Origin: Eledone cirrhosa
Lineage: Eukaryota
Length of the DNA stretch: 64,000 nucleotides
Direction: 5' to 3'
Assembly (NCBI GenBank): GCA_964016885.1
Contig: CAXHJY010001169.1
Location: forward strand, 79,306 to 143,305
Shown: one piece after another, positions 51,601-64,000 of the stretch
Position numbering within the stretch: the stretch's first letter is position 1
How the letters are laid out: every line of letters begins with the position of its first letter
The notes under the pieces: model-generated
Database searches by the model: none
What the model saw: only the letters and a program-made list of their open reading frames with translations
Told to the model about the DNA's origin: nothing
Position numbers and translations under genes: made by a program

Positions 51601-52944
51601 CACAATTTCCTTCTTTTACAACATTACCATATTTTGCAGTTGATGTCTGTCTGTCTGTCTGTCTGCATGTATGTATTTATGTATTTATGTATATATTTAT
51701 ATACATATGTATATATGTATGCATACATACATACATATATACATCCATCCATCCATACATAGATACACATATCAACTGAATAAAAAATCTGGTACACCGT
51801 ATAAGATACCACAAAATATCGTCTGCAAATCTCTCTGAAGATTACATAGAAGAGACAGATTGGAACATGTGTGATAATTTCAATATGTATTTGAACAGAT
51901 ATATAGAAAAGAAACCTACATTCATTTTTTATCAACATACACTAGATCACCACGATGTATGTATGTATGTATGTATGTATGTATGTATGTATGTATGTAT
52001 GTATGTATGTATGTACGTCTCTCTTTCTCTTAATTTCGAGTACATTTTTGACCGGCTACCTTCCTGGTGGCAAGGTTGTAAAAGAAAAGAAATTGTCATC
52101 CCTTGAATCACAAGAGTGTTTTGCAAATTTTGAAGGTGCCAGCTATCGCAGCCATTTATATTCTATGGGTTAGGGAGCTGCGCTCTTTGTCCACAAATCC
52201 AAGTGGCAGTTTTTATTTTCAGGTTCCACCAGTATTCTTTAGTGCCATCTATCTCAATATATTCCTCCTCATTTGTTTTTAAATTGTTTTAATTTGTTTT
52301 ATGTATGTATGTATGTATGTATGTATGTATGTATGTATGTATGTATGTATGTATGTATGTCTCTCTTTCTCTTTATTTCGAGTATATTTTTGACCGGCCA
52401 CTTTCCTGGTGGCAAGGTTGTATGTATGTACGTATGTATGTATGTATGTATGTATGTATGTATGTATGTATGTATGTATGTATGTATGTATGTATGTATG
52501 TATGTATGTATGTATGTATGTTCTTCTGTTTTTTTTTTTTTTATAAATGTTTACCAGTAGAGAGAGAGCCGGTCTCTAACATAGACAAAATACTCTTTTA
52601 TTGGAATTTAGATATCATCTCGGTAAATACATATATATGTGTTTGTGTGTGTGTGCAGGTATGGATATTATTGTATGTGTGGATCTGCATCTTTTGAGTT
52701 ATATGTGTACACATGCATACGTTTCTGTGTCTCTACATGTGTATATAAAGTTATTACATGCAGAATTTCTGAAATGTTTTACATATTTTTACAGTTCCGT
52801 TAATGAACTGTAGTAGCAACTTCTAACTAATCGTGCCTCTTTTTGGTTCTGTTAAGCCCAGCTTCTAAAGATTTATACTGCGGCAGTTAGTAACGTATCC
52901 AAAGGCCACAATTATCTAGGGTGGAATATCTGCAGATTCCTCCT

Positions 52945-53590
52945 TAGTTCAGTTTAAATGTTCTCTTTTTCACTGTTCTTTAGCATTATATTGACTTCTA
53001 CTGGACAGCAGACTTCCATTATTGTGCATGCCTTCTTTTCTCTGCCCTGTATCATTATATCTGGTTTATTATGTTTACATTTTGTTGCGGTTTTGACTGG
53101 AACATTCCACCAGTATTTTTTCATAGTATGTTTGTATATGTTCCCCGCATGGCTGTAAGTTTTTATATGCTTATTGTCGAAGCTATCCTTTCTACAGATT
53201 GCATTGTATAGTATTTTGACCATTACATCAAGCCTCATAGGTAGATAGTACCGTGATGACATCTTCGGACAGCTACTTATGACATGGGTGATATCTTCGA
53301 TGTTAATTTCCTAGTCTGCACCCGTTGTCACAAGTAGATATTTTGCTGCACTTCTATCTCTTGTGAATCAGGTATTTTGTAGTTATTTCTTTGTTCTTAG
53401 ATTGCAAAAGCATATCCTTCAAAGTGAGAGCCAATATAGTCGTTGTTTGTCCAAGACCGACTACTTTGCTTATCTATATTACTCTTACTTTGGCGCTTCT
53501 TGGCAACGTAGCTATGCATGATTTTTTTTGCTGATAAGTATGTAGTTTTTCATCCATGGATTCATTGCAGTATTGCAGAGCAAATTCCAT
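52945..53590 (-). pseudogene. R4/Dong-like LINE fragment (zinc knuckle + restriction-like endonuclease)
   Basis: EGYAFAI..QEITTKY, IEDITHVISSCPKM..YYLPMRLD, KYWWNVPVKT..KHNKPDIMI...IMEVCCP. Confidence 0.8.
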
Positions 53591-53593
53591 GGG

Positions 53594-54246
53594 TGTATGT
53601 ATGTATGTATGTATGTATGTATGTATGTATGTATGTATGTATGTATGTATGTATGTACGCATGTACGCATGTACGCATGTACGCATGTACGCATGTACGC
53701 ATGTACGCATGTATGTATGTACGCATGTACGCATGTACGCATGTACGCATGTATGTATGTATGTATGCATGTATGCATGTATGTATGTACGCATGTATGT
53801 ATGTATGTATGTACGCATGTACGCATGTATGTATGTATGTATGTACGCATGTATGTATGTATGTATGTATGTATGTATGTATGTATGTATGTATGTACGC
53901 ATGTACGCATGTACGCATGTACGCATGTACGCATGTACGCATGTACGCATGTATGTATGTACGCATGTACGCATGTACGCATGTATGTATGTATGTATGT
54001 ATGTATGTATGTATGTATGTACGCATGTACGCATGTACGCATGTACGCATGTATGTATGTATGTATGTATGTATGTACGCATGTATGTACGCATGTACGC
54101 ATGTACGCATGTACGCATGTACGCATGTATGCATGTATGTATGTATGTATGCATGTATGCATGTACGCATGTATGTATGTATGTATGTATGTATGTATGT
54201 ATGTATGTACGCATGTATGTATGTATGTATGTATGTATGTATGTAT
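53594..54246. repeat. Compound (TATG)n/(TACGCATG)n microsatellite
   Basis: Directly visible; produces the long spurious YVCM/HTYI ORFs. Confidence 0.95.
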
Positions 54247-54499
54247 GCAACTCAGGAAACTGGGATAACTCCGACATAAAACCTGCGGCTCAGTAGTTAC
54301 CGATGATGTTGATCTTTTCTTCTTTTCGGGTTATAGCTACTGTCGCTCAGAGAGTGGGATTGGCTCAGTGCACAGTCTTTCCTCACTTTGAAAAAAATCT
54401 TCACGCACAGGCATTGCATAATAGCATTAATTAATAATTATTGATAATGTTAAATCGTGCAATGGCCATACTCGATAACGAGGGGGCAGCCATCATCAT
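54247..54499 (+). mobile_element. Bipartite derivative of the family A RTE LINE (5'UTR joined to 3' tail)
   Basis: 54247-54418 matches the reverse complement of ~36315-36485; 54455-54499 matches the reverse complement of 32388-32430. The whole ORF is absent. Confidence 0.9.
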
Positions 54500-54964
54500 A
54501 TATGTATACAGGGACAAACCTAAAGTTTGATGTTATTTCAACGGCCTGAGGTTACGATTCACGTTAAACTTACAGTTTGTGCTGGTAGGCGAGGTTAAGA
54601 AGAGAAGTTTTTTTGTTTTTTTTTTGATATCTCAGTATCACCATGTTAAGCTGTCCCTGGTTTTGAAGTTGATTTGATGGTTCTAGTGATAATTACTTCC
54701 ACTCCAAAACTTAATTTTCCCAGCCTTGCTTTGATGTGGCTACAGCAGGCAGACAACCAATTTTTTATGTTTAGTGCTTCGACTGACCGTCTGCCATATA
54801 TGGTATCAAGCAGCCAGACACGAAGTTTTTTTGATAGCGATTGTCTATTACTTTGAACATTTAGATTGATATATAAAATACATGTAAGATATGGAACTTG
54901 GGAAGTACTAATACAATATGAAATAATACAAAGTATGTAATGATGATGATGATTATAAGAATAG

Positions 54965-55618
54965 TGGTTTTTGATTTAGGCACAAAGTCGACAATTCTGG
55001 GGGAGAGGAAAGGCGACTAAATCGACCCCAATGCGTTACTGGTACTTTATTTTATCGACCCATAAGGATGAAAGGCAAAACTAATCTCGTCGAGGTTAGC
55101 TTTACCTTTCATCCTTACGGAGTCGATAAAATAAAGTACCGGTAATACACGGGTGTCGATTTAATCGCTTTCCTTGTGCCTAGAGTAGAAACAATTATTA
55201 TTATCATCATTATTATTAGGATTGGCAGTATCGGTAGAGAGTCGGACACCATGCTTTCAGCATAGAGTTACGTCCCTTTCCCGCCGAGGTTAACTTTGCC
55301 TTTCATCCTTACGGGGTCAATAAAATAAAGTACCAGTAATGTACTGGGTAATTGCTGGCCTTGTGCCAAAAGTAGAAACAATTATTATTAACATTATTAT
55401 TGCCCTTTACATTATTATTGCCCTTTATTGCGGTGAATTGGCAGTATCGGTAGAGGGTTGGATTATGCTTTCCAGCATAGTTACGTCCCTTTACGATCTG
55501 AGTTCAATTCCCGCCGAGGTTAACTTTGCCTTTCATCCTTACGGGGTCGATAAAATAAAGTACCAGTAATGTACTGGGATAATTGCTGGCCTTGTGCCAA
55601 AAAGTAGAAACAATTATT
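54965..55618. mobile_element. Cluster of four SINE family 1 copies (one inverted pair, two tandem)
   Basis: Consensus matches at 54965-55095 (-), 55090-55200, 55218-55385 and 55430-55618 (+). Confidence 0.88.
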
Positions 55619-55989
55619 GCCCTTTGCACCTTGCATTTCTCCCACCTTGTGGTTTGCTCTTATATAATTGTGGGCATATCCATATCTACCCCATGTCGGT
55701 GTTATTTGATAGATCGTGGGTATCAGAAGAGCCCCCATTTACTTGCATCCTAGTTGACATACAAAAGTATGACTGTCGGGGAGTAAGTCCGGAAGTATAT
55801 ATTTGTTTGCGTACGGGAGCGTGTGAGCTGGTGTATGACCCCTCCACATTGACTTCTATAGTAGCTGTCGTTGTCTGTGGTACATGGCATTCCAGGGACT
55901 TATGACTATTCAGTCAAATTCTTGTCATATTTCCCCGGGCAGTATGTTCTACGTAGTAAAGAACCCGATGTAGATCAAACTCTCACCCA

Positions 55990-56878
55990 TCAGTCGCTAC
56001 AGTGTTCTGGGATAAAGTAGAGAGTGAGGGCTTCATTTTAGCTGCACTTTCGAGCCAATGTGATAAAAAATGGAATGAACACAAAGTGTCGATTCTGTGA
56101 TGAGCATGTTAAGACCATTGACCACTTGGTTTCAGACTACAAAGTATTAGCTCCCCAGGAGTATAAAATGTGGCATGATAGAGTGGGGCAATATATACAC
56201 TGGGTAATATGCAGGTTTTATGTATGTATGTATGACAAGGAGGAGGCTATCTTGCTCTGTAGGATCTATGGAGAAGAGAGAGAGGAAACTGGCTCACATG
56301 GTATCTGAGTGTAAACACCTAGCTCACACTCATTATAAAGGATGGAGGCATGACATCATAGGAAAAGTGATCCACTAGCATTTATGCAAACTGAATAATT
56401 TACCTCATTCTGAGAAATGGTTTGAGCATAAGCCAGAGTCGGTGATAGAAAACGATCGAGTGAAGGTTCTATGGAATTTCAGGATACAAACAGATAAAGA
56501 ATTAGAACACAATAGACTGACCTTGTGGTTTTTGACAAGAAAAAAGATCTTGCTTGATTATAGATGTAGTTTGCCTTTTTGACACAAGAGTGCAAGAAAA
56601 GGGAAGGAGAAAATTAACCGGTACCAGGACCTGAAGTGGGAACTGACAAAGATTGTTCCCATCGTTATAGGAGCACTAGGTACTATCTCGAAGAGTTTCC
56701 AAGGCTGGTTAAAGAACATTGGCTCAGCCCCTTTTTTGGAACACTTCCAAAAACGTGCCTACTGGGAACAGCAAGGAAACTCCGATACGTCCTGAATATC
56801 TGAGGCTATGGGCAGCAGCTTGATGTTCATTTGGGCAATTTTCCGGTTAAATGACTGAGATACCAAATTCCTAATAAT
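55990..56878 (+). pseudogene. R4/Dong-like LINE 3' fragments (two overlapping-domain pieces)
   Basis: ESEGFILAA, KCRFCDEHVKTIDHLVS..WHDRVGQYIHW; then RHDIIGKVIH, EHKPESVIENDRVKVLWNFRIQTDKELEHNR, PIVIGALGTI, LLGTARKLRYVL; ends at TAATAA. Confidence 0.88.
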
Positions 56879-56879
56879 A

Positions 56880-57068
56880 ATTGTTTCTACTTTTGGCACA
56901 AGGCCAGCAAATACCCAGTACATTACTGGTACTTTATTTTATCGACCCCGTAAGGATGAAAGACAAAGTTAACCTCGGCGGGATTTGAACTCAGACCATA
57001 AAAGGCCGTAAATCTTTGCTGCAAAGCATGGCGTCCGACCCTCTACCGATACTGCCAATCCACCGCCC
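56880..57068 (-). mobile_element. SINE family 1 within (TAA)n
   Basis: Matches family consensus. Confidence 0.9.
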
Positions 57069-57116
<48 letters not shown>

Positions 57117-58350
57117 TTTCTTTATTAACCACTAGGGTTTACATAAAGTAGACATTAAGGACAGTGCAGGACAATACAGGACGGTACAAATGGGCATTTC
57201 TGCGTGTAAAAAACAAAAACAGAGGATGTAACAAAAAAATAACAAAGAAAAATTCCCCAATAGGGGGGAGACTTCCGAGGGACATTTGTGGAGAAAGCCC
57301 ATTAAAAAGACCACAGTGACCCTGACCACCAGGGCAAGTGCCCTCTCCCAGTTTTCCACCTTTAATTTACAGACACATACTGAGAGTAGGCCCATTCACT
57401 CGGGCCATACTTGCTTCTCTCAGCCATCTTTCAACAAAATGCTGGGAAGAGAGCACTTCCCTCTCTACCCTGATTTTCCTTTTCAAATGAAATTTGAAAA
57501 AGTTAATCAGGGCATCACCGAAGAGGTAAGTGCTCGTCTTCAGCCCTTTCAAACGTGTCCACCATACTATCTCTTTCGCCATGGCCACCAGACAGATAAA
57601 AACTGCCTGCCCTTCCCGGCTAAAGGAAGAGGGCGGGGCAATCCTCACGATGGACTCAGCTGATAGCTGGATCCGTCCTACACGTGACAGCAGGTGTTCG
57701 ACATAAACCCACAAGTCAGCAATGCTCGGACACTGGACGAGTGCGTGCAGGACGGTTTCGTCGCCCTGCGCGCATCTCGGACATGCCCGACTGACGGCAC
57801 CTCCATGCCTGTAGAGTTTCCCGAACTGGCAAAGCTCCTCGGTAGCACTGCCATGGATTTCTGGAAGTTGTCCATAGGCCCCGGCCCGAAAGTCCTTCCG
57901 AAGAGATTGGCTAGTTGATTTTCGTCGACGCCTAGAGTTTCTCCAAGTACGTCGTCGCTCTTCCCCTCCACTAATCCTCTATAGAACGCCAAGGTGGAGT
58001 TTCCACCGATCACATTGCCCGATTGGTCGAGGGCTGTGAGCGCCTGAAGACATTCCAGTCTCCAAGCGCTCCCTCTCGGTCTTCGCTTGACCCAGGACTG
58101 CAGCTCCGTCAAGGAAACGAGCTGGGGAAAGACGTGTCTAGCAAAGGGCGACCACACTTGATCACCGTCGAGGAAGAGGTGGAGATGTCGTAGCCAGAGC
58201 GCGTGTCTACGCATCATCAGCCACGGCATACCCAGCCCTCCACGTAGTGGGTGTTGACAGCAGATGGACCGCCTGACCATCGGAGCGCGTCCCTTCTACA
58301 AAAAGCGAAGGAGCAAACGCTCCAGCGCAGTCATGCGGGGCTTAGGACAA
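57117..58350 (-). mobile_element. L1/Tx1-like LINE 3' fragment
   Basis: VRRSICCQHPLRGGLGMP (post-RT GGLG motif), CPRCAQGDETVLHALVQC knuckle, WWTRLKGL; 3'UTR with AATAAA followed by (ATT)n. Confidence 0.82.
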
Positions 58351-58684
58351 AATGATAATGATAATAAATAATATTAATAATAATAATAGCTATGATAACA
58401 ACAGTGATACTAATATGAGGGTTACAAAGAGTAAGATGAGGAAGAACCCCTATAAGAATATATAACTAAGCCAGGAATGTTGCTTTTATGGGTAACTATG
58501 ATAGAGAACTGATTAGAATTGATAGAAATTAATAGGGAATATATAATTATAAAAACTATCTCTGGATATTGTGTTGAGAGTATCAAGCATACATGAGTGT
58601 GTATACAGGTATGTGTGTTTAAGTCACAATTCAGAGGTGGTGAAGCAAATACGGGATGTGTAGTGAATGTTAAGAGTATATAAT

Positions 58685-58865
58685 AGTCTTCTTCTTCGCC
58701 CACTTATTCCTGAGAGCGTCGTGGGGGAAGAGTACTCAAACACTCCTTCCAGAGGTTCCTGTCAGAAGCAACCGTCTCCAACTGATCTGACTTGGATCCC
58801 CAAGTGAGACCAGCCAAGCTCATGGATGTTATCCAACCACCATGCTTGGGGTCAACCCCAGAGTC
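58685..58865 (-). mobile_element. LINE 3'-end fragment (same family as 8803-8985)
   Basis: DQLETVASDRNLWKECLSTLPPR with a GAAGAAGA tail. Confidence 0.7.
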
Positions 58866-59237
58866 TCCTGCATGTTGGTTTTGCCCGTAAAATCTGTATA
58901 TAATGGTCACCACTTAATATATTAGTAGCAAATAGGTTTTAATAGTGTTGACTCCTTTAGCCATAGTGATATGCCTGGCTGTGTCCCATCAATCTGATGT
59001 AATGAGAGGGAGCCCATTCCATGGGTTGTTCGACTCATGATGATGTTGCACATTTCATCTAATTTTATTCATCTGTAAGCTTCGTTAGTTAACTTCGAAA
59101 TATTGGTGTAGGCGTGTCCCATGGTTTACAAGAGAGTAAAAGACCCATATCTCCATTACAACATAAAGCGCTCAAGATAAAAAGCAATATACTTGCGTTA
59201 TAAGGTGTTTCCTAATTGGTAGCAGGTATTGTGATTA

Positions 59238-59302
<65 letters not shown>

Positions 59303-59308
<6 letters not shown>

Positions 59309-59663
59309 TAAGTTAAAAATGTACATCCACATATGTATACTGAAATACTAGTATGCATATGAATACACACACGTGTACATATGTAGATGTACCGAGTTTT
59401 TCACTGGTCACTTTACTGTGAGTGTCCAGCTATTCTGTATGTAAACACACAGACAAACCGGTTTTTAGAATAGCTGGACACTCACAGTAAAGTGACCAGT
59501 GAAAAATTCGGTACATCTACATATGTACACGTGTGTGTATTCATATGCATACTAGTATTTCAGTATACATATGTGGATGTACATTTTTAACTTAATTGTT
59601 TAAGCGTCAGTCATACAAAAGTGAGTTACAAACGAAACGAAATTTAATTTCGTTTCGTTATTT

Positions 59664-59667
<4 letters not shown>
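59303..59667. mobile_element. Inverted pair of PLE pLTR 3' fragments (family of 6440-6670)
   Basis: 59303-59467 is inverted and 59468-59667 is direct relative to 6425-6670; embedded in (TA)n. Confidence 0.85.
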
Positions 59668-59754
<87 letters not shown>

Positions 59755-59896
59755 ATTAAAATAACAGATTAAAGTTTAAGCAAAGAATCGGTACTTTCAC
59801 CCTTAAATATTTGCTCTACGGTTCTTATATATTTGATATATATTTATCCTTATCGAGCCCTCTTTGGATTTTAGTGTTCAAATTTATTATTATTAC

Positions 59897-59972
<76 letters not shown>

Positions 59973-60077
59973 ATATATATACATGTATATATGTATATTT
60001 TTTCTTTTTGACTTTTTTGTTCTTACTCAGAACTTGTTTCTGTTTCTCCTTTGCGATCCTGTCTCTATTTTGTACTT

Positions 60078-60805
60078 CTTGATGATATACCTATAGCCTT
60101 GGTGATATAACTACAACCTTCGTCATATATCTACAGCCATGGTGATATATCTACTACCTTGGTGATATACCTACAACCATGGTGATATACCCACGGCCTT
60201 GAGAATATACTCTTGGCCTTGGTGATATACCAACGGCCTTAATGATATACCTACAGCCATGGTGATATGCCTAAGACTTTAATGATATACCTGCGACCTT
60301 AAAGATATACCCATAGCCTTGGTGATATACCTACAGTCTTGGTGATATACCTACAGCCATAATTATATACCTACAACCATAATGATATACCTACAACCTT
60401 GATGATATACCTACAACCTTGGTGATATACCCATGGCCTTGAGAATATACTCTTGGCCTTGATGATATACCCTTGGCCTTTGGCCTTAGTGATATTCCTA
60501 CGGCCTTGGTGATATGCCCTTGACTTTGGAGATATACCCTTGACCTTGGTTGTATGTTCGAGACCTTGTTGATATACTCCTGGCCTTGGTGACATATCCA
60601 TAGCTTTGGGGATATAACTTTAGCTTTGGGGATATGCCTATGGCCTTGGTTACACACCTTTGACCTTGGTGACACACCTTTGGCCTTGGTGACACACCTT
60701 TGGTCTTAGTGACATACCCTTTGCCTTGGCGATATACGCACGACCTTGGTGACATACCCATGGCCTTGGGTGTATATACCGTTGACCTTAAGGATATACC
60801 TGCTA
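60078..60805. repeat. Degenerate 21-bp minisatellite
   Basis: Unit approximately CCTTGGTGATATACCTACAGC, more than 30 copies. Confidence 0.9.
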
Positions 60806-61334
60806 CCTCATTTAGTTCCTTCCCCTTCCCAAGTCAACACTAATCGACCAAACCTATGATTAACAGTGTTCTACTCATTACCATCCCATCTCTTCTACTG
60901 GCATAGTTTATTTAGTTAGAACCACCACTCTAAAAAGGATAGAATATATCTCCTCGAAATAATTACACTAATTAGTCACATATAAAGACGCAGAATAGAA
61001 ATGTCCAACGTTTGGCATAAAGTAATAAAAATACCAATAGGTATATGTGGAGTTGTGTTAATACAAATCTACAGATAAATACATTGAGGAGGAAATACCT
61101 GGTAGCCGCAATATATTGTCCTTACCAGCACCATTCCCGTCATTCAGAGAGCTTTGTTAACCAATTCAAAAGTCTTTCCGTCTATTTCTAACTGGACTTT
61201 TTGTTGCTTTGTTAATTTGTTTGTTGCATATGTCCTCTGTAACCTATTGGTTGAAACGTCTCATCCTCTGCTTTCGGATGATGACTAGGGAAAGCAACGA
61301 ATACAAATGATAAATACAAATATGAATAAATAAT

Positions 61335-61780
61335 GATTTCTACTATAGGCACAGGGCCAACAATTTTGGGTGAGGGGAAAGTCAATTAAATCGACCTCAG
61401 TGCATTACTGCTACTTCATTTTATCGACCCCGTAAGGACGACAGGCAAAATTAACCTTGGTGGGATTTGAACTTAGAACGTAAAGAGCTGTAATTATATG
61501 TCTCAAAGCATGTTGTCCGACACTCCACCGATACTGCCAATCCAAAGCCTAATAATAATAATAATAATAATTGTTTCTGATTTAAGCACAAGGCCAACAA
61601 TTTTGGGGCAAGGGAAAGTCGATTAAATCTACCCCAGCACATTACTGGTACTTTATTTTATCGACCCCTTAAGGATGAAAGGCAAAGCTAACCTCGGTGC
61701 GATTTAAATACAGAACATAAAGGGCCGTGACTCTATGCCACAAAACATGTTGTCCGACGCTCTACCGATTGTGCCAACCC
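61335..61780 (-). mobile_element. Two tandem SINE family 1 copies (longer subfamily with GTCGATTTAATCGAC hairpin)
   Basis: Consensus matches at 61335-61545 and 61570-61780. Confidence 0.82.
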
Positions 61781-62450
61781 ATCCTCCTACTAGATGTGCT
61801 AATAATACTAGCCATACTAGAGCTCACAACGTTATATACTGTCAAAATAAATAAATATATAAAACCTTTGTTAGGAAGAGACCGAGCGGCGCGCTATGTT
61901 TTGGAACAAGGCACTTCATTTCACGTAGTTTTTTATAATAGGATTGGCGATTCTATTATATTAAAAAAGAAAAAAACTCAAGATATTTCATGTGAGACAT
62001 AACGTCATAGGAAGCCAACTAAACTTATATGGGCGTGAGCTGTAACAGCAAATTCAAACTCCCACAATTTGGAGGAGGATATAATGGAGAACTTGATCTC
62101 AGTAATTCATTGGGAATTCATTTTATCGATCCCGGAAGGAAGAAAGACAAAGTTGACCTCGGCAGAATTTGAGTGTAGAACTTTAAAAGCCATAACTAAA
62201 TAGCCTAAGACAGGTAATTTGTCCGACGCTCTACTATTTTGCTAATACTTCAGCGATTAAAGTATTCGTTATGGTTAGGGTTATGGTTAGTGAGACTCGA
62301 ATTCGTAATCTTCAGATTCGATGTCACCTTTACCATTCTTTTCTCGTTGGAAACAACAAATATGCATGAATTTAAACTCAAAATATATCTTCCCTTTATG
62401 AAACAGGTGGTCTACGCAGAGCTGGCTCTATATTACGGCGCACGCACACA

Positions 62451-62500
<50 letters not shown>

Positions 62501-62503
<3 letters not shown>

Positions 62504-62815
62504 GGCCGGATTTAATGGGGGGAAACGGGGAGCAATTGCCCCGAGCCCCATGCAGTAAGGGCCTCACCAGCGACGGCCATAGCAATTTATTTGTTCCCTC
62601 AGCTGGGCGTTTTAGTTTTAAGATGGTTAGAATCTTCTAATTTAATACCAGTATGTATAACTTTTTCAATTCCAATTATTTGTGCCAAGCTAACTTTGAT
62701 ATGTACAATTGGGCGGGGGGGGGGGGGGGGGGGGGTTCTGTGTATTCTAATTGTTTGTGTATGAGGGGCCTCACAAACCTGAAGTGCCCCGGGCCCCCAA
62801 GGTCTAAATCCAAAT

Positions 62816-62818
<3 letters not shown>
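62501..62818. mobile_element. MITE-like element inserted in (CA)n
   Basis: Imperfect ends CAAGGCCGGATTTA / TAAATCCAAATCTG and internal GGGCCC-type motifs. Confidence 0.55.
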
Positions 62819-62895
<77 letters not shown>

Positions 62896-64000
62896 TTCAA
62901 TCAAAATACCAACATTGAATGTCCTTTGTATTTTACTTTCGGCTTATGTGTGTAGACATTCAAAGTAGGCTGCTTCTACAACATGCTACCCGGTTCTCTC
63001 TGTTATGCGCCCCATTCTCCCAAATAAAATAATTTTAACTTTTACAGATTGGCAAGCTGACAAAATTAGTTTTTAATACTTCTTGCTCTGACCACTCTAA
63101 GAAAATTATTCAGTCGATATATTCCTCTAAACAGTCCACACTCACCTCCGCCATGACCCTTTCCACCACGCCGCTACACCGCTAAGATATTTAGTGATTT
63201 ATTTATTGATGCCTTGTCTTCGCGATTTTAAACGGAGCACCAGATTGGTGGCTAGGTCTCATCTATCTACAGTTGAAGTTCTTAAATGCAATAGCAAATC
63301 TTATTCTTTTCTCATACATCTCGCCTATGGAATTCTCTTCCTGCTTCTTGCTTTCCTGATAACTACAATTTACAAAATTTCGAAAGCAACATTAATCGTT
63401 GTCAGGTCTCTTCTTGAATTATGCTCTCTCTGTCTCGTCCTTTTCCTTTCTCAGTAACTCCTTGCATTTTAATGACATAATTGCATTGCTAGGGGTGAGT
63501 AAATAAGAAAAAAAAATGTATTTAACTATATATATTTAAGTTTATTATACAAATTTGTATAAAAATGCGATCATTTTAGGTTCAGTAATGCGCCTCACTG
63601 AGGCCTGCAACGTAGGCGACTGTCAAGTTGGCCTAATGGACGCACCGGCCCTGTAGGTGTGTGTGAGCGCGTGCGTATTGTAAATTGAATAAATGAATGA
63701 ATGACGCTCAGATGTGACGAAGCGAGAACGTCTAGCCTAGCAGCTATTTCCTGAAAGCGTCTGTTTGCACATGTATATTGCCGTCTAATTAAAGACAGGC
63801 GATGCCGTCACTTTACAATACATGCTATTAGTGAAGCAAAACTATCTCGCTACATTACTAGTCATTGGTGTTTGTTACCAAACACTTTATGTGTGCTTTG
63901 TTTTGAAAGTTGCAGTGCCAAGACTGCTCTGTCCAGTACACTGACCCAGTTTGGGTCTTCAGCGAGGACAGCGGTCACTTAATCATCTGATTAATTCCAA

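Noticed and set aside
53474-54296. 200-267 aa ORFs in several frames
   Set aside because: Stop-free TATG/TACGCATG repeat.
60371-60761. SPR/K-rich protamine-like ORFs
   Set aside because: By-product of a degenerate 21-bp minisatellite with frequent stops and frame changes.

Overview
Repeat-saturated, AT-rich eukaryotic DNA with no convincing host protein-coding gene; most long ORFs in the track are microsatellite read-throughs. The SINE and microsatellite landscape suggests a cephalopod (Octopus-like) genome, which is an inference. Contents: a near-full-length RTE-clade LINE with two families of internally deleted derivatives; at least four Penelope-like (PLE) relics plus pLTR fragments; about seven type-I hammerhead ribozyme (HHR) folds, most with non-canonical cores; one decayed Rep/Hel Helitron and two non-autonomous Helitrons with intact ends; three mariner relics; a hAT-like relic; R4/Dong-like and L1/Tx1-like LINE fragments; more than 20 tRNA-SINE copies; a 5S rRNA pseudogene; minisatellites; and several large inverted repeats. 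Two observations stand out. (1) A compensatorily varying 5'UTR-3'UTR long-range helix ('panhandle') is kept in the RTE LINE and in both derivative families. (2) There is a set of variant-core hammerheads (U3-A8, U4C, atypical 10.1-11.1), several downstream of PLE GIY-YIG relics. Coordinates were read by eye, so the boundaries of decayed elements are approximate.
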